Assembly: GCA_951406725.2 (NCBI GenBank)
Contig: OX597814.1
Location: 186,682,001 to 186,746,000 of the forward strand
Source: Octopus vulgaris
Lineage: Eukaryota
Direction: 5' to 3'
DNA: 64,000 nucleotides
A program made the translations under genes and the position numbers. Positions within the stretch are counted from its first letter, which is position 1; each line of letters starts with the position of its first letter. Under the pieces are notes generated by a model. It searched no databases. It was not told the origin of the DNA and saw nothing but the letters and a program-made list of their open reading frames with translations. This document shows, in pieces, positions 1 to 12,016 of this stretch.

Positions 1-523
1 GGTAGTTAATTTTTTCTCTCTCGCTAATTTGATCTTTTATACTTTAATATTTTCGTTTGCTATAAAAATATGTTGTTGATAAAACATCAAATAGAGGAAT
101 TTAAAGTATTCCGGTCAGACTTCAACTGGTTTCATATTTAAAAAAAAAAAAACAGGAGTTAAGTAGATATAGTTAAAACGCATATTAGAAAATAATGCGG
201 TGTTTTAGATGAATATTAAAAAAGTAAACTATATTTCTAATATATGTTGACGTTGCTCATCGGTGATGAACTTAGCAGATGTCGCTCAATCAGTAAGTCT
301 ATATAGCGCTATTGTTGAAAATAAATAGGCCTTATTGCTTTTGGAGGGCTAGTTATTAAATATGAAGTACCAGTAGTATGATGGTGTCGGATCATTTAGA
401 TTTCATGTAACCATGAAACATTGAACTACTTTGCTAATTCTTCAAATAATACTGCAAGTCTTTATATATATACTATTTATATTTATTATATTATATTATA
501 TTATATTATATTATATATATATA

Positions 524-712
524 TAAAGGGAAAGTTTACGAAAAAAAACAAAAGACGAAGACAGGTGGTGTACAAAACAAACAAATGTATTAGTATAGCG
601 CTCAGGAATAGAAAAGTCTTTTACGTTTCGAGCCTACGCTCTTCTACAGAAAGGTACACAGAAAAAACAAGGAGGGAAAAAAATGTGTGTAGTGGCTAAC
701 GATCTATCATGA
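524..712 (-). mobile_element. Short Penelope-terminal-repeat-like element with hammerhead-like fold, next to an AT microsatellite
   Basis: Inverted homologue of 7219-7397. The minus strand of 618-653 reads CTTT-CTGTAGA-A-GAGC-GTAG-GCTC-GAA-ACGT-A-AAAG. Preceded by (ATATT)n/(TA)n at about 462-523. Confidence 0.65.
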
Positions 713-867
713 CGTCTGACAGCACACCAGTGTTGTCGAAATTGCCGGCAGTTTCTATTAATGATAAAAAATGTTGCATCAAAACAATGACAGAATCCAT
801 TCATAAATGTCAGCAATTGAGTAAATTGAACAATCAGACACGGTTGTAATGTCTCCGTTGAAAATAT

Positions 868-994
868 TCTTTTCTGCTCTAGGCACAAGGCCCGAAATTT
901 TGGGAGAGGGGGCCAGTCGGTTAACTCGACCCCAGTACGCAACTAGTGCTTAGTTTATCGACCCCGAAAGGATGAAAGGCAAAGTCGACCTCGG
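868..994 (-). mobile_element. SINE family A (Deu/Nin-like core), 5'-truncated
   Basis: Reverse complement of CCGAGGTCGACTTTGCCTTTCATCCTTTCGGGGTCGATAAA, shared with the copies at 13238, 15060, 19181, 43812, 46343 and 59163. Confidence 0.85.
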
Positions 995-1586
995 AAGCGA
1001 CACTATGTTTTTGGCGAGAAACTCACGAATGAGGAGAGCTCGGTAAAGAATCCAATTCTTTGCGCTCCACAGATCCGGTCGCTTTCACCGAATGTCCTCC
1101 CTCAAACGTTTCAAAACGTCGCAATAGAACTCTCGATTAATGGTCTGGCCCTGTGGGAAGAATTGTCAATGTACAATACCACATTTCAAGGAGTGACGCT
1201 CGTGGCAGGTCTTCGAGATCGCTCATCGTCTTCTAGGAAGATTCTTCCACTTTTGAAGCACCCGTGTCACTCGAAATATAGCGTACAACCCATTGCCTCG
1301 TCGCTGTACACTTGCCGAAGAATTTCAGAGTCTCTGTAGCAGACTTTCCAAGTTTAACACAAAATTTCACGCTATCTTTTTCTTCCTGCCCATGACAAAA
1401 TTGCAGACTACAGCATACATGTGATCACAAAAGACAAATTTCACAACTTACGAAGTAAACACAGCGATGTCACACGGCACACTCCCTCGTGAAGGTCACT
1501 GCTAGCTTTCACTGCGCACACAACCGTGTGCTGCCATCTGTTGGCGCGCTACCGAACTAGACCGGGAACTTTTTGATACCACTTCA
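995..1586 (-). mobile_element. Mariner DNA transposon, 5' fragment with left TIR
   Basis: Ends in GGGAACTTTTTGATACCACTTCA followed by TA, the reverse complement of the TIR at 30970. Internal sequence aligns by eye to 30970-31320, including the FKSGR..LEDD-type HTH region. Confidence 0.85.
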
Positions 1587-1949
1587 TATATTTATATCTG
1601 TGTGCGAAATTTATACAATACATATAATTTACGGTAAAAGTTTAGTTTCATTTCGGTTAAAATTCCGGCGACTTTAGAGCAAATCATCTCATTACAGTTT
1701 GCCTGCATTGAGCATCTCTGACTGTCATTCACACCCACTCCATTTGTTGTTTTAGCTTCCCTCAGCCATCGTGACTGTGTGAAAGACATTGCATTTTAGC
1801 ATATGTGAGATAAGATTAATTAAGCATTAAGAAAGCAGAATGAACTTTCAAATACAAAAGACAAAGAGAACAACTGTGTAGAGACGCTGTTGGATAATTT
1901 AGAAAACTTCAAACTGTATCATAAAGCATTATGAGACAAATACAAAAAA

Positions 1950-3600
1950 TAAATAAAACGACTGTAGCTGGTGTTGAATGATTTAGAAAGTAAATTTTAT
2001 AAAGTGGAACAAATTCAACAACTTCAAACGCTGAAGTGTGACAATAAAAGCATATATACAAAGACACATAGCGTATTATGTATATCGATGCCGATGATAT
2101 GGCGGTAGATAACCTACATAATATGTAAGCTTTCTCCATTTAGTGAGTTCGATGCAGCTAATGTTCAGTTTATGCATTTCTACCTTGAAGTCTGCGGGGG
2201 AAAGCGGTCAGAAAGAGAAGATATCTACAAGAGGAGTAATTGCTCTGGGAGAAAGTTTTAGAACAGTGTTTAGAGCGAGAGCTGTATGATTTTCGAGAGG
2301 AGAAAAAAGAAGAGTATGTCAGATGGATCTAGCCGATGGGAATATAAAGCTAACTAATTGGTGATGGGTAAAGTTATTGCAGTAATAGTAAAAGAAGATG
2401 GGACAAAACCTCTTTGAGGCAGTTGTTATATTACCTTTGTGGATGAATCCTGACCAATCGATTAAAGAGCCTTCTGTTAAATATTGTTTAAAATTGGTGT
2501 ATGAGCGCACCATTTTCATATTGGAACAAAGTGGATCTTATTTGAGTATTGTAGATCTGTACTACTTTCCCCTTTATGAAAAGAAGACCTAGCCCTAATA
2601 ATGCACCTTTGATACTGTTATATTTATGAAATCCCCTTTAGGGAGCGTCAGAAATTGTGAGACCTACCACTTTTAGCGACTTTGAATGTTCATGTATAAA
2701 AGTAACATGGTAGAAGACAAATTATGTGTAGATTGTAAATTTGTCTTGCCGAAGAGTGTTTTAATAGTTATATTCAGGCAAGCAATACAAGTCTGGTGTA
2801 AGACATCTAGTTTGTGTCTAGATTATGTTTTATGCAAAAGATTAAAGAAATACAAAAGGTCGTTTCTTGACGAACTACTCTTCGGCAGAGGAGTGGTGAT
2901 CGCGTGTAGATCGTTAAGTAACAGAAAGAAGAATGTAAGAAAGATAAATGGAAACTTTCGTACATCAGAGTTGCTATGTGTTTGAGTTGGTGAGCTCACT
3001 ATCTGCAACACTGAAAATGAACGAGCTGGCAGAAAACTTCCTGCCCAGAATGAGAAGTGAATCTGAAGACAGACAACTTTGACAGATAGCTCATATGTTA
3101 GACAGAGTCGAAGGCGTTGTTGGTGTCAAGGGCAACAATGTTACTTTCGCTGACGTTCTTATCGGAGAAAGATCATTGTGCATTATTTAAGAAAGCATGC
3201 TCCGGTAGATCTTCCCTACAGAAAACGTACAGATGGTTACTGTGGTAGGGAACTAAATCTAATGAAAGAGCTGACTGTTTACGGCTTGGAATACTGGAAA
3301 TATGGATAATGGGTTAGTAGTTTGGCAACGTTAGAGAGGTTTTTCGGAATATATTATGGTTCACGAATGAGAGACGTTTCCGCACTTGGCGACTGTGTGT
3401 ATGGAGAACTGATATGGGTGGAGTAGAGACTGAGACTTTGGAAATCAGTGAGCAGCAGATATGGTAGCTTTTTAATGGGAAAGTCATGTTTGTTGATAAG
3501 TAGCAGAGAAGAGGGTTCTGCAAAGTTAGTTGGCATGAGATCAAAAAGGTTCACTGAAAATTCAAGATAGTGGGTCTGAGCTATGTCAGAAGGAATACTT
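1950..3600 (-). pseudogene. Highly degenerate Penelope-like reverse transcriptase remnant
   Basis: Minus-strand motifs occur in the expected order across frameshifts: NITIK (cf. IIK.ADK), FLTLPK..HK (cf. FY.LPKIHK), SYTNF (cf. SLYTNI), and LVDIFSF*P....LN...I.LT (cf. YIDDIF.IW...LN..IKFT). Read by eye only; boundaries approximate. Confidence 0.45.
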
Positions 3601-3905
3601 TGCTTTCCTGGTGGTAGGTAAATGACTCCCAGTTGTTGCTGTTATAATCAAACAGTATTCCAGTTTCACCCTCAAAACATTTTAGTAGTATCTCGCCCGA
3701 TATGATGTGGTTTGAGAAAATTTGGTTGAAATTTAGAGACTACATAGTGACTCCATTGTGCTGGTGATGGAGGTGGTGTGCAACCTTCTCAGTGTTTTAG
3801 CCAGCGTTCTTCGCATATGGTATTGCATCGTAACTATAAGTTTTTAAGCTGATCGTACTTGACTGTGTAAGAGATATGGCGGTAAATATCTGTAAATATC
3901 TAGAT

Positions 3906-4312
3906 AGGCGCAGGAGTGGCTGTGTGGTAAGTAGCTTGCTAACCAACCACATGGTTCCGGGTTCAGTCCCACTGCGTGGCATCTTGGGCAAGTGTCTTCT
4001 GCTATAGCCCCGGGCCGACCAATGCCTTGTGAGTGAATTTGGTAGACGGAAACTGAAAGAAGCCCGTCGTATATATGTATATATGTGTGTGTGTGTACGT
4101 GTTGTGTGTTTGTGTTTGTCCCCCTAGCATTGCTTGACAACCGATGCTGGTGTGTTTACGTCCCCGTCACTTAGCGGTTCGGCAAAAGAGACTGATAGAA
4201 TAAATACTGGGCTTACAAAGAATAAGTCCCGGGGTCGATTTGCTCGACTAAAGGCGGTGCTCCAGCATGGCCGCAGTCAAATGACTGAAACAAGTAAAAG
4301 AGTAAAAGAGTA
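3906..4312 (+). mobile_element. SINE family B (tRNA-like head, CORE-like box, internal (TG)n), full length and young
   Basis: A-box-like TGGCTGTGTGG, B-box-like GGTTCAGTCCC, GTGGCATCTTGGGCAAGTGTCTT box and (AGTAAAAG)n tail; CpGs intact. Homologous to the copies at 8208, 24868 and 41112. Confidence 0.9.
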
Positions 4313-5229
4313 TAGTTGGAAGTTTTCAAAGAGTTATAAGGAAATATGCATTAGAAACACGGTTCGATTTATGTTGACTACACTGTCAATAGCTTCGAAC
4401 GAATTTCAAATTAAATTTTTGAAAAGAAAATATATTCTTTTCAAGGATACGGAATTTTGTTCTAGAAACCGGGATATGCTTTCAATAGCACGCATAAATG
4501 AATAGTATTAGCTAAGCACGCTTAGCTTGGCCACAAGCTAAATGTTTGTTCTGCTTTTCCTTGATCACCATCATCAACATCAAAATAATATGAAGAAATT
4601 TGAATCCCCTTTCTATATATAGGGTCTGAAGGATTAGTTCTTCGGAAATTTAAACCCATTGTACTTCTAGCGATAATGAGCGCTGTAAAGTATAGGGTAA
4701 AATCTGAGTGAATCGATTCTTGCTTGAATAATTTCTATTCATATAACAATGATAATGCTTTAAAGAAAAGTATAGAGGACATAAATTCCTCATTCCTCTT
4801 CCTCAAAATCATAGAACACAAAGAGAGACAATTTGAGTGTAATCTCATTTAGATGCGATGACAAATTTATAAAATGCGCGTTCCCCAAAATGGATTTGCT
4901 ATAAAAACTGGGGTGAAATTGTTCTAACCGCACAAGAGCACTAACCAGAGTCACAGTTCATAGACACAAAACATGAGATATATATGGCATATTTGAACAT
5001 AGATGTTCTAAATTTGCTCAGTTACAAAACTGATGTTACTGCAGGGGGAGAGGCAAAATTTCTTTACTCACAAAATTAAATGAGAAAAAAACAAATCAAA
5101 ATAATCTCAGTAAGATTATTTTGAAGCGTACATCAGTTGAGAAATTCAAGGTTTAAAATAAACAATAACATGACGTTCTACAACACTATAACAAGTTATT
5201 TGTTATTCTAATTTTGACTTATCCAAATA

Positions 5230-5395
5230 TGCTGTCGTTTAGTCCCAGGTCAACTCTGGGCATGTAGTTTTTTTAAGATTGTCTAGAAGTACGTAATCCA
5301 GTCTATCCTTTCATTATTTTGGACGGTCGGGTGCTGTTTAAGAGACATTTTACTGCTATTTCTAGCAGGTTGAGTGAGCGCGTAGAGCCTTTATC
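5230..5395 (-). mobile_element. Dispersed ~200-bp repeat family C (SINE-like, (CAA)n tail)
   Basis: Reverse complement matches 50195-50383. Further diverged copies at about 8650-8800, 9015-9195, 17210-17405, 23440-23560, 47990-48155, 48885-49075 (minus) and 52960-53040. Confidence 0.55.
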
Positions 5396-6077
5396 TCATT
5401 GGCTCTTGATATTTTAATGCAATAACATTAACCGCTAGACAAGTGGTTCTCAACAGCTGGTATTGGACCAGTAATAAGTACAACTTTTTCGAGTTGGTCC
5501 ACTTACAAAGTCTCCAGAAGACAAAAATTACATGCATTTAGACAATACAGATAGATTTATAACTAAAATTTAATTCAATATAAATTATCCACGACTTAAA
5601 AAGAAAATTTTCTTTAATTTAGATTATGACCACCTCAGATTTAAACAACCGCTTTTAAATAGCTATAGAAATTCTATATTTAGACTACTCGACAATGAAA
5701 CTACACTAAACTATCAAAAATGTTATTTATGAACTTTAGAGTAAAATGATAAAGGAACTTAATTGTAACGGAAATTAGATAAGGAATGATCTTCAGAAGC
5801 CTTCTTACGAGATAAAAAAAAATAAGAAGAAATTATGAATATTATTTCTGTAAACTGTTGTCACCTAACTTAACTAACATAGCACATTCTTTCACTTTGA
5901 TACATACGGGTGTATCACAAAGAGCACGCGAGTTTGCGTTGTATGTACTTTATAGTAAATTTTATAATAAGAGATACTTAACTATATCATTCTGCTTATC
6001 AAGACGCGAGTTAAAATGTTTACGCTTTCAAAGTGAAATAACTTAACCTTGATCTTGATATTCTTATCTCTTGTAAC

Positions 6078-6275
6078 CCTTTCTACTATAAGTACAAGGC
6101 CTAAAATTTTGGGGTTAGTGGATTACATCGACCCCAATACTCATCCAGTACTTATTTTATCGATCCCGAAAGGATGAGAGACAAATTTGATTCCGGCGGA
6201 ACTTGAACATAAGGACGGACGAAATGCCGCTAAACATTTCGTCCGGCGTGCTGACAATTCTGCCAACTCGCTACC
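6078..6275 (-). mobile_element. SINE family A
   Basis: Reverse complement reads GGTAGCGAGTTGGCAGAATTGTCAGCACGCCGGACGAAATG...GATAAAATAAGTAC. Confidence 0.85.
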
Positions 6276-7165
6276 TTTTTATCTGTTTTAATCAGGATCA
6301 TCAGAGAGTAAAGGCAAATAGAAGAGAAGTAACGGATGTTAATGGACATGAGAGTGGCAACAGCAAGGAATAATGTTTAAAAATTATTTTATAACTAACA
6401 CTATGAATTCTCTAAATTCAACTTTTTTTCAATGGCCTCAGTCCGTCGTTTAGCTCGTTATTGTAAAAATATTTAACATAATGAAAGAGAAGATATATCA
6501 AATTTATGTATCAAAGTGATAAGTATAAAAAATTATATGACGTGGAAAATTATTGGACTGTTACAGACAATCTTCGAAATTTTTGGCTTCGAGGCCTTTT
6601 CTGCCATTCTAGCCTTTTTTAAACAATCACATCTGATTTGTCCCAAAGAATCAACCTTTAATAAGAGTTTTACCTTTAATAAGAGTTTTACTTCCACTAC
6701 CGAAAGCTATACGTATCTTTCAGAAAGCTCCATACCAATTTAACTTTATGCAGCATTCTATGGGCAGGCTATGTGAGAAGACTGAATAAAGGGGGTTTTG
6801 TTAGCTTATCTCCCCGGAAAAATAGCTCCCTTTGCTGTTGAAAAAAATAAACTCGCAGAGAGAAGTTTCAACGTCTTCAATTTCATTACACCATTTATGT
6901 TGCTGTTCCTAACAAATTTCGCTTTCATGTAAAACAACTATATTTTGTAGTCATTATCCGTAATCTACTCTCAAAACACTTCAGTAGGTCTACTTTGCAT
7001 CGCTTGCAAACTTATATGTTCTATGATCATTAAAGTGCAACGACCTCCACAATAACCAGCCTTCAGTTTGATTTTCCGTTCCTAGGTTAATCGGTAGTTC
7101 AATTATTTGGTGGAAAAATATCACCAAAGCAACTTAAACCAGCCAAAGGACGAGTGCATTAGCTA

Positions 7166-7168
<3 letters not shown>

Positions 7169-7218
<50 letters not shown>
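7169..7218. repeat. (TA)n microsatellite
   Basis: Pure TA run; a second run at 7398-7456 flanks the other side of the 7219-7397 element. Confidence 0.95.
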
Positions 7219-7221
<3 letters not shown>

Positions 7222-7394
7222 GATCGCTAGCCACTACAGATTCTTTATTTTCTCTCCATGTTTCTTTCTGTGTTCCTTTCTGTGGAAGAGCGTAGGCTCG
7301 AAACGTTAAAGACTTTTTCACTTCCCGAGCGTTATATCTGTTTGTTGTCTACTCCACCTGTCTTCGTCTTTTGTTGTTGTTTTTTGTGAATTCT

Positions 7395-7397
<3 letters not shown>
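7219..7397 (+). mobile_element. Short Penelope-terminal-repeat-like element with hammerhead-like fold, embedded in (TA)n
   Basis: 7276-7311 reads CTTT-CTGTGGA-A-GAGC-GTAG-GCTC-GAA-ACGT-T-AAAG. Homologous to 524-712 and flanked on both sides by (TA)n. Confidence 0.65.
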
Positions 7398-7458
<61 letters not shown>

Positions 7459-8207
7459 TAGTTGCTTATTTTATTCTAATCACCTTATTTTGAAATTGTA
7501 TGGATAATACCGTACTGAATTCTGGTGCCTCAACTTAGGTACCATATTCATTTGAATCTAAATTTTTGCTGAAATCATATATATATATATATATATATAT
7601 ACAAACACACATACATATATATCAAAGTGTTGAACAGAAAGAATACAACAAGGAGAAAAGTTAGACGAAAACAGAATAGACGAAAACTAAACGGACGGGA
7701 AATTAGACGACGACACAATACACGAAATATTTGCAGCTGAGTTTTCCTCTTCAGTCAAAAACCCAAAATATCATAGCGTCCTAGCGCGCGCGCACGAAAT
7801 CACTCGTAAAAAATAGTGGGTAGGGGATCCATCGCTTGTGCTAGTAGTCCATGAACCATAACGAGTTTAGAACTAGTGCACTAGACTATTAACAAATAAT
7901 ATTGCATTCTTTGTCTACCGGTCTACTTTTATCTCAATTTCAGAAACTTGTTTTTCAGTGATTAATCTCTCCCTTTCTCCCATTTGTATCGCTCACTTTC
8001 TCCATTGTCACTTTCATTCTCTTCTTTAATGCATGTATCATTTTATTTTTCCGATTATTTGTGGAAATGGGGGAATGTTGATGTGCGTGTGTGTGTATGT
8101 ATGTATGTTTGCACACACACACATGTATACATTCGTAACTTGTAAATAGTATGAAGTTATATACTTTTTTAAATGTTCTCGATAACAAATGTTTTATAAA
8201 TTTAAAA

Positions 8208-8362
8208 ACCGTGTGGTTTCGAGTTCAGTCTCACTGCGCGGCATCTTGAACAAGTATTTTCTTTATAACTCTGGCCCGACTAATGCCTACTGAGTGAATT
8301 TGGCAGATGAAATTGTTTGGAAGCACGTCGTATATACGCTTGTGTGTCTGCGATTGTGCCTG

Positions 8363-8428
<66 letters not shown>

Positions 8429-8437
8429 GCACGCACG

Positions 8438-8468
<31 letters not shown>

Positions 8469-8620
8469 CGCCTGACAACCGGTGTAGGTTTGTTTACGTC
8501 CTCATAACTTAGCGGTTCGGCAAAACAAATACTGGAGTCGATTTGTTCGACTAAACTCTTCAGAGCAGTACCCCAGCATGGTCACAGTCCAACAGCAGAA
8601 ATAAGTAAAAGATAAAAGAT
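8208..8620 (+). mobile_element. SINE family B with expanded internal (CT)n(CA)n
   Basis: Aligns to 3950-4310; compound microsatellite at 8366-8468. Confidence 0.85.
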
Positions 8621-10739
8621 ATAGATAATATTCTATTCATTTTTTGCCCCCGTGTTCAACAAATTACAGCCTACCACCTCAAATATGAAAATAATGCATT
8701 AGATAACGTAGTACTGACAGGATAGTCATAATCGGAATGGTTTTGATCATAGTTTTGCTCGATAAGGGTTAACCTGGGGTTAAAAAGCAGTAACAACAAA
8801 CACCCATGTCAAATTCAATGCCTCAGATGTTATAGATAGAACATATATTAATTTGAACATGTATCTTTGACAAAAAAAAAAAGTCGCAGTAATATATAAA
8901 AATAAAGAAACTAGAGAATTAAATTACAAACTTAAAATATCACAATAGAAATAAGCGTAAAATTTAACTCATAAGATTAACTAAACGAGCAAAAAATGCA
9001 TCAACGAAGGTATCTCTAAGCGGTTTTCCGATTTGCTGGAATTAGCAGATATGTTTCCCTCAAGTCACACCCTATCATTAAAAAAAATGTATAATGTAGT
9101 CCTAGATATGTCTGAAAATAGACAGTGTGGTTAAGGCTGAAAAGCTTTTGATTGTAGGCCTGCTTGACAAATGTTGTCCTGAGCTAAACAACAAATAATT
9201 AAGAAAACAGATGTAAGAGATCGAGGAGAAACATAATGCATGTGGAAATAAGACATCAAAAGCATTTTATATCACGTCTGTTCGAATTTCTTATATCGAA
9301 TAACTGTTCAACCTCTTCCATCTGAACCTATATTCAAGTCTGTTCTTTTAGTTTCACATTCAAGGCAGTTGTGAATAAAGAAGTTAAGAACGAACATTTA
9401 TTTTAAAACTTATGCTGGCCAACTTGTTACAGTGAGCAATATGAAATTGGTGTTGGGCGGCAGAACTACAGCTTTCTAAAGAAACCGCATTAAACTCTCA
9501 TCATATCTTGCAGTGTGAAAGTACTTTTTTAAAGCCATATTTGTCAGATATTGAATAGCAGTATTAACAGACTACTCTGAAAGCTGTTGTCACATGATTT
9601 GGAAATATATCACAGACATACGCAAAGTATTTGAAGTTCATTGAACATACTCAAACAAAAAGAAACTAAACTTTATACCGTGTAGCTTAATGTGGCTTAA
9701 CCTAGTGAAAACGTATGACTGTGTCCTACAATATACTGTTACGAAGGCAGTTAGCTTCTTCTGTCTCGGGCAGATTAAAATTACGTCAATTTAAAGCATT
9801 TCGCCATCAGGAAATTTACTACCTGTTGGTAGAAAATCGAAATAAATATCTTCATGGGAAACACAATTTAACCACTTACTTCTGTAACAGAAAGTATAGG
9901 CTTATAACGAAAGAAGATACAAAATAGCATTACAATTGGTAGTATCATCACCGTAAGGAGAATCAAAAAGTAAGGAGAAATACGAGTACTTTGACTGGAC
10001 AAGCGATTCCAGTGATGCCCGCTCGAAACCGAAATGAAGAAGAACTGTAATTTTTCTTTAATATAGTACAGAAGGAAAGATCCTTATCTCGAAATCGGAA
10101 GGGATCGCGTTATCGATTAATGACGTCAAAAACAAGAAAGAGTCCTACAACCATCAGCAAGTGAAATACAGTACGAGAGGGGGACCTTAAATTTTGATGG
10201 AACCGTAAGGTTACTGTCGTGAAATAGAGAGTTCTTTGGCATTTTTTAGCCAAGTGGAATCTATCCTTTCCCATGCCTGAACACAACTGATTTCATCCAG
10301 AGAGAATGTGAAAGAGAGAAAGCGGGAAGAATCCCTTACAACTATTGGTCTGGTACTTTATTTATAAACCTGGAAAGGATAAAAAGTATTGCAAGACATT
10401 CTCTCCAACGTTCCAACTCCAACACACGACTTTGTTTTGTGCATCATCCCAGTATCTTGTTTAGCGTGGAGAGAATGGAAGAATATGCTAGATTCCAACA
10501 GAAATAGAAAAATATCAAATATTTCATAGCATCTAAAAGTATAAAAATTAAATTATTGTTGGTTGAAGAGGTTAGGGTAGCAAAACACCCGCTGTCACAT
10601 AGTCTTGAGTGTATTTAAGTATCCGTTATCCGTGCGACTCAACCAAAGTTTTGGACAGGCAGAATTGTGTAAGTGATAAGTGTGAAAAATAACAGAATTC
10701 AGCCTGAAAATGAATTAATTCATCGGTGCTACCTAAAAC

Positions 10740-10814
10740 CCACGGGCATGGGTTACTAACCCCAAGATTCCGAGTTCGATTCCAGGTAGTGACCTGAACA
10801 ACAACAACAACAAC

Positions 10815-10876
<62 letters not shown>

Positions 10877-11060
10877 GATCGAAAAATACCTTAGGAATGA
10901 GAACCCAGGTTCGAAATTTCCCCCAAGACACCTGAAGAAGGCTGGAGGGTATATCAGCCGAAACGTTGTGCTAACAACAAACAAGATGAGGACAAATATC
11001 CGTCGAATGTAAATAATATAAATAATGTACATAATTCCTCATCTCTTAAATATAGAACTG
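10740..11060 (+). mobile_element. Composite element: tRNA-like head + (AAC)n(AAT)n + hammerhead-containing tail
   Basis: B-box GAGTTCGATTCC at about 10772-10783, trinucleotide tract 10797-10875 and hammerhead core 10929-10970. The 5' boundary is uncertain. Confidence 0.6.
10929..10970 (+). ncRNA. Putative minimal type I hammerhead ribozyme
   Basis: CAC-CTGAAGA-A-GGCTG-(10 nt loop)-CAGCC-GAA-ACGT-T-GTG: canonical CUGANGA and GAAA boxes, 5-bp stem II, palindromic ACGU helix III and 3-bp stem I. Predicted cleavage 3' of 10967. Confidence 0.6.
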
Positions 11061-11606
11061 TAAAATTTAAGTCAAATTTCACAGGAAAACTTCAATAAAA
11101 ATACTGGGTTTTTTTTTCTTTCCTTCTTTTTTCTTTTATGTTTTGTTTCATTGTTTCGTTCAACATCTGTAATAATAAAAGCAAAATTCTGTCTGTCTAT
11201 CCGTCTGGGACCCCTGTATCTCAGTCTACATTTGCTCTACATAGTCATATTATACCTATTTGGAATCAGGATGATCCCGGGATTGAAAATCTACCCTTCA
11301 TTTGGTCCTTGAAATCCAGTAATGGGATCTGATTTAAAAGCATATGGGTTGCCATTTCTAGCAGGTAAAGCTTGGCTGATTCACACCACTTTGGTAGCGT
11401 TTATCAGATGGCGTCAGAGATCAAGAAGGAGATCAATTACATTCGCTTCGTCGAGATAAAAACTTTAGGATAAATTGGCCAACAGTTGGAATTCAACTTG
11501 GGACTCGAATAATAGAATGATTGTATTGCAGAATTAATTCTCATCCGTTTTTAACCTCTGGTTAAACACCACTGGAACATATTGTCGTTATAGACGTATT
11601 TATAGT

Positions 11607-12016
11607 CAGGCTATTTGACTCTCTCTAGTTTTGGGCCGCAGGTCCAATTAGCCCTCCACAGGTCTAATTAGTCCTCCGCAGGAGCTAGCGTAAAAGTCCG
11701 CAGGGGGTGCGGCCTTTAAACTAGTATTGAATAAATTGTGATCTTTTTTTCCCACAAACTTGGAATGGTACTTATAAACTAAGTTGTTCCTGTATATAAA
11801 TCATGCATTTTGTCAATGAATAAGCGAATTCAAATACTTTTTGTTTAATTTATATAACTGTTATTGAAGACGGCCATGAGCAGCCTGCAGTCCGCATGAC
11901 TTTCTGAATGGCACGCCTAAACGAAAAATTATCTTGAATTATTTAGTAGTGCGGCTCGCCCGATGATGACCCATGTCTCATGCGACCCGCTTCTCGAAAA
12001 AGGTTGTTCATGCCTG
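11607..12016. mobile_element. Degenerate hAT (Charlie-like) MITE
   Basis: Begins CAGG and ends AAAAGGTTGTTCATGCCTG; contains GCGGCC/GGCCGC subterminal motifs typical of hAT non-autonomous elements. TSD not clean. Confidence 0.5.

Noticed and set aside
3906-3985. tRNA gene
   Set aside because: A/B-box-like motifs are present, but there is no cloverleaf and the sequence continues into a multi-copy SINE body. The same applies to the other SINE heads.
5440-5655. hAT-Charlie MITE
   Set aside because: The left end resembles CAGTGGTTCTCAA, but the right TIR and TSD are too decayed to call.
6655-6692. 18-bp direct duplication ACCTTTAATAAGAGTTTT
   Set aside because: Real but an ordinary slippage duplication with no associated structure.
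8231-8512. ORFs with ERERER, CVCVCV or HTHTHT peptides (also at 10626-11032, 28070-28355, 50596-51025 and 63014-63223)
   Set aside because: These are translations of microsatellites.
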